From NCBI GenBank assembly GCA_963765145.1, contig CAVXVG010000025.1, forward strand, positions 1 to 34,028: a stretch of 34,028 nucleotides of DNA, written 5' to 3'. Both the position numbers and the translations under genes were made by a program. This document shows, piece by piece, positions 17,684 through 28,105 of the stretch. The notes beneath the pieces are model-generated. The model had not been told where the DNA came from. It ran no database searches and saw nothing but the letters and a program-made list of their open reading frames with translations. Position 1 is the stretch's first letter, and each line of letters opens with the position of its first letter. The DNA comes from Parachlamydiales bacterium (GTDB lineage Bacteria; Chlamydiota; Chlamydiia; Chlamydiales; JAJFMK01).

Positions 17684-20630
17684 ATGACTTCTGCTCTTTT
17701 TACCTATTCTCCTATTCGGTTAGTTCAGCGAACTTGCGAAGACCTGCAACTCGGAGTTTTTTGGAAAGCCGGAGAGGGGCTCATTGGTCGGATCGAGCAA
17801 TTGCATGGCTTCAAGGATGTCCCTCTTAAAGGGCTTCAAACACATATTCCAACCTCCGAGCTTCGAAGAATTTACAAAGTATTGCAAGAGGGGACGCTAA
17901 CCTGGAATGGCAGCGCAATTGTTTTTCATCGCAAACTCGGGTTACGTGGAGGCGGAGACCAAGAGCTGGATATTCCTGCCCTTTCTGCTCCCCAACCGGT
18001 TGCATTCACCTCAAACAAAAGTGTAGCTTCTCCTCAAAGCATACCTTGCTTGACAGGTGACTTTGTTGAAAGAAAAGAGCTCGTGGGAGAGTTAGAAAGA
18101 GGCCTTTTGCATCAAGGCTTTAAGCAAGGATCAACGCTTAAAGCCCGCTTGCTCTATGGAAAGGGCGGGATGGGAAAAAGCGAGCTTGCCGTCCATTTTG
18201 CAGAAAAACATCAACAAAAATTTTCCTGTATTTGGTGCTTTGATTTAAGCAAAAACGACTTGTACTTTGAATATCAGATGCTTGCCGATGAATTAGGATT
18301 AGCGCGCATCGAGAAGGAAGATTTAAAAAGTTTGCGCACAAGGGTGCACCGCAAACTCGAGCGAGAAACGCAAAAACCTTGGCTTTTTGTTTTTGACAAT
18401 GTCGAAAGAAAAATCGGGGTGGATGAATATCCTGCAAGAGGTGGCTCCCTACTCATGACCTCTCAAGATCGATCTGTCTGGGACAATCGAGGGGGAAAGG
18501 ATTCGCGGTTGAAAACTTCACTAAAATGGAGGCAACTGAGCTTGCTAAAAAGACGCTCGGAGGAAGGCCTCTTGATGAACTCGAGCTTTTGCTAGACAAT
18601 TGGGGGTATTTTCCTTTCGCCATCCATCAAGTCTTGAGATACATCGCAAGCGATCCCGGAATGACGATCAAAAAGTACAGAGAGATCTTTCCAAACCCTT
18701 TGGATGGGGCCATATCAGAACAGGAAAGATACAAAAAAGCCCTCCAAACGGTATGGCAGCCGGCAATTGAAAAATTGGAGTTTGAAAATCCTCAGGCGCT
18801 CCGCTGGCTTGAGCTTTGCGCTTTCATGGCCTCAAATGGAATCCCTGAAAGCCTGCTTTTAGCTTCACTTGATGGGGACGAAGCTGTTTTAACGCGTATT
18901 CGTGCATCGATTGCTAAATTTTCACTAGCTAAATACTCGTTCCAAGAAAAGAGTTTTTCCCTACACAAACTTTTCCAGCAAGTTTTAAGACAAAGGGAAA
19001 ATGATTTAGAAATATGCTTTCAGCTCCTTGAATTGTTTGCTAAAGAATGGAACTTTGACTTTGAAAAAAGTGAAACATGGGAAAAAGCCAATGAGTATTT
19101 TGTGCACCTAGAAGAGCTATCTTCACATTTCAGTTCTGCAGGTTATGACAATCCGCTATTGCTCAATTATGTGGGCGATTTCGCACTGAAAATGCGTTAT
19201 GACTTTGAGAAAGCTTTTCAGTGCCTTGAAAAAGCTGCAGCCATTTTACGCATCCTGCCTGAGTGCCAAATGCAGCTTTGCACTGTGTTACATGGGCTTG
19301 GCTTAGTGAAATCGGGCCAAGGTGATGAGCGAGCAGCTATAGATTATTATGTGGAGGCGGTCGAAATTAGCAAGGCCATTGACAGCTCCTTTTGCTTGGC
19401 TTTTGTGAAAACAGTTTAGGAGAAGCTTATAGAGTGCTGGGAGAGTTGGACCTTGCTATGGAGCATCACCTAAACGCGCTTTCGGCAAGAAGCAAGGTCG
19501 CCGAAGAGTTCCCAGGTTCTTTAGCAAAAAGCTACAGCAATATTGGTCTTGTTTACCGCGAGCTTGGGCAGTTCGATGCAGCCATTAAGCACTTTGAGGA
19601 AGCCATCGTCATTTCAAAAAAAGCTTTCGGTGACAACCATTTTCATATTGGAACTATCTTAAAAAATATAGGCAACGTCTATTGGGACCAAGGCGTCTTT
19701 CCTCTGGCAGAGGCTAAATTCAGAGAAGCATTAGCCATGCATCTAACAGCTTTTCAAACGGAGGATCATCCCGAAGTTGCCATAACAAAAATGAGTGTGG
19801 CCCAATCTTGCTTTCAGCAAGAAAAGCTTGAAGATGCAAAAGAGCTTTTAGACCAAGTCCTTCCAGTGCTTATTTCAACTTTTGGAGAACATCATCATCA
19901 AGTAGGAACTTGCCGTACGAACCTTTCGAATGTTCTTGCCAAACAAGACAAGCTGAAGGAAGCCTATGATGAGGCTGAGCTTGCTTTGGTGATTTTCAGT
20001 AACGCTTTTGGTGAACAACATGTTGAGTATGGGTTTGCTTTATGCTCTAAAGGCGCAGCTAGTCTCTTTTCAAGCCGCATAGATGAAGCAATCACTTGTT
20101 ATGAAAAGGCAGAAGCAATTTTTAAAAAATCGAATAAAAAATCGATCCATATTTCGAGCGGTCAAAATTTAGGGGTTGCCTACGCATTGAAAGGAGAAAA
20201 GCTTTGTAGAAAGGGTGATTATGATCCGGCGTTAGATTATCTTAATCGTGCAATGAAGATACCGGAATTTAAAGATGAGCAACCGTTTGAGTATGCAAGA
20301 GCTTTAGACTTGCGAGGGTCTGTCATCTCAAACAAAGGGGATTTAAAAAAAGCATTCGACGATTATGGAAGTGCTGCAAAGATTTTCTCTAGCAGAGCCA
20401 CCAGAAGCGACAGACAGACTTTGTTTTATGGGTGCAATCAGCTCAATCTAGCTTGTGCATGTATACATCAAAAGAAAAAGCCCGCAGATGTTTTAAAACA
20501 TCTAAACTTGGCCTACAATGCCTTCAAAAAGGGTTTTGGAAAAGAACATACTAAAACCCTTGAGTTGTCAAAGCAAATCCAAAATTACAAGCGAACAGGC
20601 AGTTTTGATCATGAGGCGCTAAATGGATAA
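17684..20630 (+). CDS. NB-ARC (STAND) NTPase plus TPR-repeat protein, in three frameshifted pieces (breaks near 18500-18530 and 19410)
   Basis: FVERK.LV, Walker A GKGGMGKS, Walker B WLFVFDNV, GYFPFAI, HKLFQ and many TPR_12-like repeats (SYSNIGLVYRELGQFDAAIKHFEEAI). Confidence 0.85.
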
Positions 20631-20642
20631 GTTTTGTCAAAA

Positions 20643-20930
20643 GAGCCACTTGCAAAATTCGAATAGTTGGTTTTTCTCTAGAAAATAGGTCCGAAGGACC
20701 GAAATATGAAAGCCCAGCGCCGAAGGCCTGGGTTACAAATGTGAAATATAATTGGAGTCCTGAAAGGACGGCATAATTGCCTTCTAGACTATTTATAGAA
20801 CAGGATATGTCGTCCCTTCAGGACTCCAATTTCTATTTGCAACTCTTACCCAGGCCTTCGGCGCTGGGCTTTCATAATTTCGGCCCTTGCGGGCCTATTT
20901 TAAGCTTAACCTGATTTTTGCAAGTGGCTC
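20643..20930. mobile_element. 288-bp MITE-like element with a long internal palindrome, between convergent NB-ARC/TPR genes
   Basis: 15-bp TIR GAGCCACTTGCAAAA / TTTTGCAAGTGGCTC, flanked by AAAA on both sides. Perfect 25-bp inner IR AAAGCCCAGCGCCGAAGGCCTGGGT (20709-20733 / 20848-20872) plus GGAGTCCTGAAAGGAC / GTCCCTTCAGGACTCC. Confidence 0.78.
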
Positions 20931-21050
20931 AAAAGGCTAAGTTACTGCATTCCCCAAATTAAGGCTGCAAGATTGGTTTCTTGAAGCGTCTTCTGAACGG
21001 AAAAATAAAGATTGGTGTAGTTGCGTCAAGAATCTGGGTCTGGCTCCTTT

Positions 21051-23415
21051 TCAAGACTCTTCGCCTATTTCAAGTGCTTTTAAAAAACACCTCGTTGCCT
21101 TCGTGAACTTCTCTTGATTGTAGTAAGCCGCTCCCAACTGGCTATACATTCTAGATAGATCTTCCCGCCCTTTATCGGTAGTGCCATATGTTTTGACCCT
21201 AATCTTTAATGACTGGTAAGACACTGAGCGGCTAAAACCCAATTCTTTTGCCGTTCATAGACGTGATAGAGGTGATAGAAGCTATTGCCTACATCAGGGC
21301 TCTCCTCTCCGCCAACTTTCTTGTAAATATCAAGAGCTTTATTGTGAAATGTGATCGCTTTTGAAAACTCCCCTGCGTCATCGTAGGCTAGCCCTAAGTG
21401 ATTTTGGGCGACTGCGATGCGAGTGTGGTCTTTTTTGTAGAGCTTTTCCAAGATAGCATGGCCTTCCTCAAGAGACCCTAATTGCTTGCAGAGGCTCCCC
21501 TTTCTCTCTATATGTATCACCTAAATTGATTAGGCTGTCCGTTATGTTTGGGCCTTCCTCCCCGAGACGCCTTCTGATGGCTAGGCTTTCCTCTGTGGAG
21601 TTCAATTGCTTTTGGAAAATCCTTTTGAGCTGCATAGATAAGGCCCAAGTTATTCAAGGTATGAGCAACACTTGCGCCTTCTTCTTTGAGATCCTTTTTG
21701 ACCTCAAGGCTCCGCTCATAAAACCTCATTGCTTGAGCAAGATCCCCTTGGGCATAATAGTCAGTACCTAAGTTGTTCAAAGCGGCGCCAATCATCTGCT
21801 CATCTCGCTGGAATCTTTTCGTAGACTTCAAGACTATTTGTATGCCAATCAATCGCCTCCGGGTAATTTTTTTGAGTTTGGTAAACTGTGCCCAAGTTAT
21901 TCATAAAGGCAGCGGCACTAGGACATTCCTCCCCAAAAGCCTTTTTACTAATCTCTAGACCTTGTTTATAATAACCAAGCGATCGCTCAAGATCAATTTC
22001 TAGACTGCTTGAATATTCCCCTAGGCCGTTCAACAGATAGATTAAGCCGCCCATCTCATTTTGGCTGTAGGTGCAGCGTAAAGCAAGATGAAGCCCTTCA
22101 CTTATTGAAGCCGTCCAGTCCCCTAATTCATCCACAAACCAGGCAAAATGGCCTTTTTCTTTTGCTACAACTGAGCAAAAAGCGGCAACATGAGGGAAAA
22201 GCATCTTGGCTTTCTCCCAAGTTTTTGGGTCTTCAATTTTAAATTGCCAATCTTTTTTCAGACGATTTAACAGCGTTCTTAGGCTGGCCTTCTTTTCATG
22301 CGGAGATTGTTGATCCCGAACAACCAACTGGATTAATCGATGGATGGAATAACTCTCATTTGAAAGGCTTTTCAATAGGCTAAATTCACTTAATCTTCGA
22401 AGAAGTCGGTTGAGGATAAGCTGAGATTGTCCTTCTGAGGCAAACAGGCTTTTTGGAATGTGATCAGGAGCAACGTAAGCTGCAAGAGAAAGAAGCTCAA
22501 AAGCACCAGGAGTTCCCTGTTGGATTTTATCCATCGAGATTTTCCAGGTCGTTGCAACTGTGTAGGGATAATTTTCAGGCGCCTTTTCTTCTTTCCAAAG
22601 TGCAGACCTTTCTTTGTAAAAAAGCAAGAGATACTCGGTAAAAGATGTGTTTGTCTGTTGCATGTAGGCTCCTGCCTGCATAAGAGCAAGAGGAAGATAG
22701 CCAAGTTCTTCTGCAAGAGTATACCCGCCTTTTAAGTCGCTGTGCCCCGTGATGGTTTTAAGAAGCTCGAGAGCGTCGCCTGGAGAGAGCAGAGGAACAG
22801 GCAGATCCCATTGTGAGTGAGGATTGCGCGAAGTAATGAGAATAGTTTTTTCTCCCGGAGGAAAATAGCCTTTAAGCTTGTCCGGTTCGTCTGCATTATC
22901 AAAAATGAGGAGACATCGACCTTTGTCGGTAACCCATGCTTGAACTTTTTGTAAAACGTCTTCAGGCTTATCCTCAGGTTTGATCAGTTTGAGCTGTTCA
23001 CCTAAGTCTCGATAACTTCTCTGGGGATCTTCTCCTGAAAGCCACCAAACAAATGGATATTCCTTTTGATGCTCATAGGCATATCGGAGCGCCAAGCTCG
23101 ATTTTCCTATCCCTCCATCCCCGAAAGGACCACGACTTGTCCATCTTGAACTCTTTCTTCGACCCCCTTTAAAAGATCCTCTCTTCCGATGAAAAACGGG
23201 TCTTTAGAAGGTAGTTGATAGGTTTTCAGCGAAATGCCGGGGACCTCCCCTAAGCTTGCCACTTTTCGAACGCCTACCGGTTGTGGCTGCTTAAAAATGG
23301 GAAGGGAGATCCCTTCAATTTCTTCGATTTGTACCGACGCCTGAGAAACAGGCAAAAGGCTGCTGGCAGTACACCCTACAGGTAAACCGGTGTTTTGAGA
23401 AATGCGATTAGACAT
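21051..23415 (-). pseudogene. NB-ARC (STAND) NTPase plus TPR-repeat protein, fragmented into five ORFs
   Basis: FIGREDLL, P-loop split at about 23110 (SGM.G/IGKSSLA), LLIFDNAD, LITSR, LGYLPLALMQAGAY, IHRLIQ and TPRs (NNLG..Y..Q). The 3' end is uncertain and the breaks may be sequencing errors. Confidence 0.8.
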
Positions 23416-23551
23416 AATTGCAGCCTAATCTACCAAACTGGATTGGTCCTTTAATAGGAAAAAGCAATTACTTTCGCGCAGCACTTTATAAGCAGCTTTT
23501 GACTGGCAAAGTGTGAGATTCAGAATGAAATTCAGCGTTTTTTACGGGGCC

Positions 23552-23596
23552 GTGCCTGATTTTTCGGCACAGCTAGGGAGTGTGCCGGAAAATCGC
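23552..23596. repeat. Intergenic hairpin
   Basis: GATTTTTCGGCACA-gctagggag-TGTGCCGGAAAATC. Confidence 0.5.
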
Positions 23597-23663
23597 ATTC
23601 GCCTAGGTGTTTTCTTCTAAAAATGCTTCATCTTCTTCAAAGCCGTGCTCTTCAAGAAACGCG

Positions 23664-24116
23664 TTAAATGCATTGTTTACTTCTTCTTGAGATGCTCGAG
23701 TAAGAGGCTCTAAACGATCTCTTAATCCTCGACCTCTTCCACGCTTCTGACATCCATAGCATAGCTGCATTCGATATAGCTTCTATGGAGGGTAGATCAA
23801 GACCAAGCAAATGTCTTTTTAAATTTTCAGCTTTTCCTGATGTGAGAAGAGAAGCAGCTAACAAGTTGTCAACAAAATCTTTAATAACATTTTCTCTTAC
23901 CTCAATGCTAAACGAGTCGCCATTAACAAGCATTCCTGCCACAAATTTTCTTTTCTGCTCTTGAGAAAGGACATTTCTGGCAGCATTAATAAATTCCTCT
24001 TTCATTTGATCAGGTTCTACTTGAAAAGTGCTAGAGACGAGAATATCTTGTACCTGATGCTGATTCACCTCAATTCCCATTTGAGACATCGAATGGACTA
24101 GCATCCCTGTTGCCAA
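23664..24116 (-). CDS. Hypothetical protein; both ends uncertain, probably frameshifted
   Basis: 150-aa ORF with TTG start. An acidic tail (FLEEHGFEEDEAFLEENT*) continues in another frame toward about 23600. Confidence 0.5.
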   Translation of the reverse strand: MATGMLVHSMSQMGIEVNQHQVQDILVSSTFQVEPDQMKEEFINAARNVLSQEQKRKFVAGMLVNGDSFSIEVRENVIKDFVDNLLAASLLTSGKAENLKRHLLGLDLPSIEAISNAAMLWMSEAWKRSRIKRSFRASYSSISRRSKQCI

Positions 24117-24232
24117 GCTGTTTGTTGTAATAACCTTATCTAAGTTACTTTAAAAATACATATAGAATGCATGTAAAAAAGGCGCGCAGAGACGCAAAGA
24201 AGTTTTCAGGTCCGGATACGCAGTGTTTATTT

Positions 24233-24652
24233 TTACTGGATTTCGATGCGACCACAGGAGGGGGGGATGTCTTGGAGGCCGACCGAATGGAGGACAAGTG
24301 AATGACCTACGATTGAATCGGAACCTGAAAGATAGATCCCTTCTAGGGTGGAGGCAATGGTTGCCTTACCTTCCGGGGATGCCTCAAATTCGGCTAATTC
24401 GACGATGGCAAGAGAAGAGTCACAGCCTTGAGTCGGAATCGGATTAAAGTGGGCACCGGCCGCTTTCTTGAGGATGGCAGAGCACCCTTCGGCATGCAGT
24501 TGCAAGACATGACGACCGGGGGCAAGCCCCTCGAAAGAGCCATCCAGAGTGACGACGCCCTCTTGCCGCTCGGACAGGAGCACCTCTCCCTTCCCTGAAG
24601 GAGAAATCAAGTGGGAAATAGCTGTTGTTGCAATGCAGATAAAATAAAACAT
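24233..24652 (-). CDS. Cu/Zn superoxide dismutase-like protein with degenerate metal ligands
   Basis: EGLAPGRH.L.LH, C......AGAHFNP, G.A, LSG.DSIVGHSLVLH and CGRI match the SodC fold pattern. Hydrophobic N-terminus. Confidence 0.75.
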   Translation of the reverse strand: MFYFICIATTAISHLISPSGKGEVLLSERQEGVVTLDGSFEGLAPGRHVLQLHAEGCSAILKKAAGAHFNPIPTQGCDSSLAIVELAEFEASPEGKATIASTLEGIYLSGSDSIVGHSLVLHSVGLQDIPPSCGRIEIQ

Positions 24653-24764
24653 TAAACTCTCACTTTATACCAATCGTAAGCGCGTGAAAGCGCCCGAGAT
24701 TCAAAGATCTTCGAATCTACCACCATCCCTAAACTATAGCAATAGTTGGCAGCAAATGTACATT

Positions 24765-27700
24765 TTATAGGCGGCTTTTGGTGGGGGGAACAAAGTGGGA
24801 AGCGTATTTTTCTTCCATGAGCTGCCTTGCAGCCTCTTTCTCCCTGTTATAGCTGATCACTTGCTCAAAGGAAGTTTCCGGCTCTTTGGTTGTATTTAAG
24901 TTTTTGTAAAAAGTGTCGCTTGCTTCTAGCTTGTCAAATAGGTGGTGGGGGTCGCTTTTTAATGCACGAACGAAGCGCCCCAATTCCTCTTTAGACAGAT
25001 ATTTAAAAATATAAAGCTCTGATGGGTCGATGCTATTTGGATCCGCATTCCTTAATTTTTGAAGTTCTGAAAAAATGGGTTTTGCAATATAGATTTTCTC
25101 AATATTTTGGTGGCCGACGGTGTCATAGAGCGCGTAGTGAGTAGATCCTTTCTCTCTTTGCTGTCTAACTCTCCGCTTTTGTATGGCCTGATTGACATAA
25201 TCCCCTTTGATGACAATGAAAGCACCCAATTCGCCAACGTAACTTTGCACATACTGTTTATCGAGAGCACAAAAGATTTGCCCAACCTTTGCCCATGTCC
25301 CAGAATCTGCACTAGCTTTCGTCAATTCGCTATCGCCAGCCCCTCTTTCAAAAAGATCTAACAATCCATCAAGAGCACGTGTATCTCCTTTCCTACCATT
25401 AATCCCTCGAAAAACAAAAGATCCGTTAGGCAAGTAGAGAGGGTCAAAATAGCGAACGCCTTTATCCTTAATGGTTTCTAGGCTAGATTGAAACGCCGAG
25501 AGAGCACGCAGCTTATCCGGCCTGCGTTCGTAGAATTCTTTAAAGAGCTTAGGAATATCTTCATTTTGGAGATTGATCTCAGCCAAGAGATCCAGCATTC
25601 TTCTTTTGATCACCCCCCTATTCTCATGCAAATGAAGAGGGAGAGCACTAAAGAGATCAGAAATCTCCATATATTACCTTCTTTCTTCTCCTTCATCATG
25701 TTGCGCATAACGGTCCCAAAGCGGTCCTTTGATCACATTCCAAGCACTTAAGAGCGCTGGTTCATATTTTATTGTTGACAACACTTTAGCCAAGGAAAAT
25801 TTCATCTCACCTGGAGTGCTCTCTCTTTTCATAAGAGGAATAAGAAAGTCTAGAATCTCCCGGTCCTCAATTTTCGAAGCATCGTAAGAATAGAGACCAA
25901 GTGCATGTATAAACGCATTTAAAACAGTAGGGTCGGCCCGACCGTTACTTACCAACGTCTTAAATATTTCAAAGATCCCGCTCCGATATTGACTTTTTAA
26001 ACGGGCAAAGTCGAGCTCCGAAAGAGCTAAAACAGCTTCCCCTAGAACATGCTCCATTTCACGATGGTCATTCCCGCTCGTAGAAATCCAAAGGGAAAAA
26101 ATCAGATTGAGAAGATGGGTTTCATCAGCATCTGGATCGTGAAGGATTTGGGTTTTCTTTAATAAGGTCAGGGCGCTTTTAAGAACTGGTGCTGCCACCC
26201 TCCCACCGCTAGCATGTTTTAACAATTCACTGACCAATTGCAACCCTTTTCTGTCTCTGAACAAAACAAAACCATTCAACAACCATTGCTGCTCTTCTAC
26301 AGGTAAAGATAAAAATTGATCAACGGTCTCCGGCATTCGCGTTTTTTTATCATCTAAAAATTGGTCTTCAACATCTTTTATATCATCACAATTTTGTATA
26401 GCCACTAACAGTTTATTGAATATTTCGTTATTTTTCTCGTCGCCATTGCCTGGGTTGCATGAGTGAAGAATGAGATGTAACACTCTTCTCATCAATTCGC
26501 TAGAAATGTGCAATTTATGGTTCATTTTAATGGATTCTAATATACAAGATACATCATACAAGCCACTGTAATCGGGTAAAGATGACATATCTAGCCGTTG
26601 CTTAGCAGCAAACCTCTTAACAGAAAAGCAATAATCTAAGCACACATCAATAAAAGAATTTAAATCGGCATTGTCAATAATCCGCTCTTGGAAGTTCTTA
26701 GAACAAAAGTTGAGGACTAATAACAAGCTGATCTTGCGGCTCTCTTCTGACCCCAATTGCTCAGACCCATGATACGGCGTATTCATCCACCGTACATCTT
26801 CTGATTCAACATATTTCTTTCCGGATGGCGTATTTAACCATGAGGCTATCCCTTTGTAGATAGGCGCCTCAATAAAGGGCTCTAAACAACGCAACAATCC
26901 ATCTGTCCCTTGAAAATCAAGAAATCGATTATTATATACTAAACGGTAGGCAATACTTAATCCGTCTGTATCTACTCCCAATGCGATGATTTTTTGGATA
27001 TTATCTATTGAAACATAAGGTGAATCGCTACAATACTCAACTAAAAGATCCGTAGGCGCATTCAACCATTCTTTGACATTTTCTTTATTCAAATGTTTAG
27101 CCATCTCAAAAAATTTATCCACACTTTCTAGAGGCCCATCACGTGATATTTCAACAAAGAGTCTGCGAAAAAAAACGCGCTGCGAACCTTTTGGAACTGA
27201 ATTAAACAGGCTTAACATCAATTTTTCATCGCCAACTGTCGCACCATCTCTAAGAAACTTTGCAAAAAAACTAATCTCCAAAGAACTATGAAAATTGTAC
27301 GAATAAAAACTAAAATCACCTAATTGCTCTACATTTAAAATAGGAGAAAACAACTCGACAATTCGTTCTTCTGAAAACCCAGGAATACTTAAGGCCTCTT
27401 TAAATAACGCATAAGCTGCTTGCCCCCCGTTTATTTTCTCCTTCTCTGCAGAAACTACAATTTTTCTTATCGCATCTTTGAGCACATCCTCAACCAAAGC
27501 AAATTGTGAGGAAGAACTTTGGGACTTTGGAAACATCTGGGCTCGGAGTTTTGCACATGGGCATCTGTTCCCACCAAATCTCTGAGATGAAGCTGCTCAA
27601 TGTCTTTAATAGCAAGCATCTCAGAGTTAGGAGCTTTAGAAGCTAAAGCAGATTGCAAGTGGTTCCAGATTTCCAATTCCGAACTTATTTGCTTGTCCAG

Positions 27701-27766
27701 AGGATCGATCTGCCCAAAAGGCTGACCATTCCACCAAGAAACTAAATAATTAAAAATCCCTGCCAT
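24765..27766 (-). CDS. Large orphan protein, paralog A, in three pieces (frameshift near 27550, in-frame TAA at 25674-25676), with possible ART-fold C-terminal domain
   Basis: ORFs 27467-27790, 25674-27536 and 24765-25670 together are colinear with 28106-30968. Likely start MAGIFNYLVSWW at 27766. Confidence 0.75.
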
Positions 27767-27897
27767 GGTTTTATATTCAAATAAAACCATTAATTTAATG
27801 TTAATTACCTCGCGAAGCGTTTGGAATTATTGCAATTTGATGGGGGCGCAGGAGGGCCTTCTTGGCCCACGGGATAGTGGACTAAGTAGTGGCCGAT

Positions 27898-27960
27898 TAA
27901 GGTAAAATTGCCTTTACTCCGCAGCGCGTTTGGAGTGCTAAACGACCTTGTTGCGTAATT
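27898..27960 (+). repeat. Empty IS1111 target site: left arm of repeat 'A' followed by an orphan IS903-like end
   Basis: TAAGGTAAAATTGCCTTTACTCCGCAGCGCGTTTGGAGTGCTAAAC-GACCTTGTTGCGTAATT, essentially the joined flanks 31055-31093 + 32619-32642. Confidence 0.85.
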
Positions 27961-27981
27961 AAGTTTAATTTGGACAAATAT

Positions 27982-28087
27982 TGTAGCTTAGGCTTTAGCC
28001 TGAGCTCGTTACCACGGGTTTTAACCCGTTGCAGTGATTGCAGGTTAAAACCTGCAAAAACAAGCTCAGACTAAAGTCTAAGCTACA
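27982..28087. repeat. GTAG-type REP doublet with a second hairpin pair inside
   Basis: TGTAGCTTAGGCTTTAGCCTGAGCT / AGCTCAGACTAAAGTCTAAGCTACA (GTAG plus hairpin, inverted). Inner ACGGGTTTTAACCCGT and GCAGGTTAAAACCTGC. Confidence 0.75.
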
Positions 28088-28105
28088 TTTCTTAAAACGT
28101 ATATT

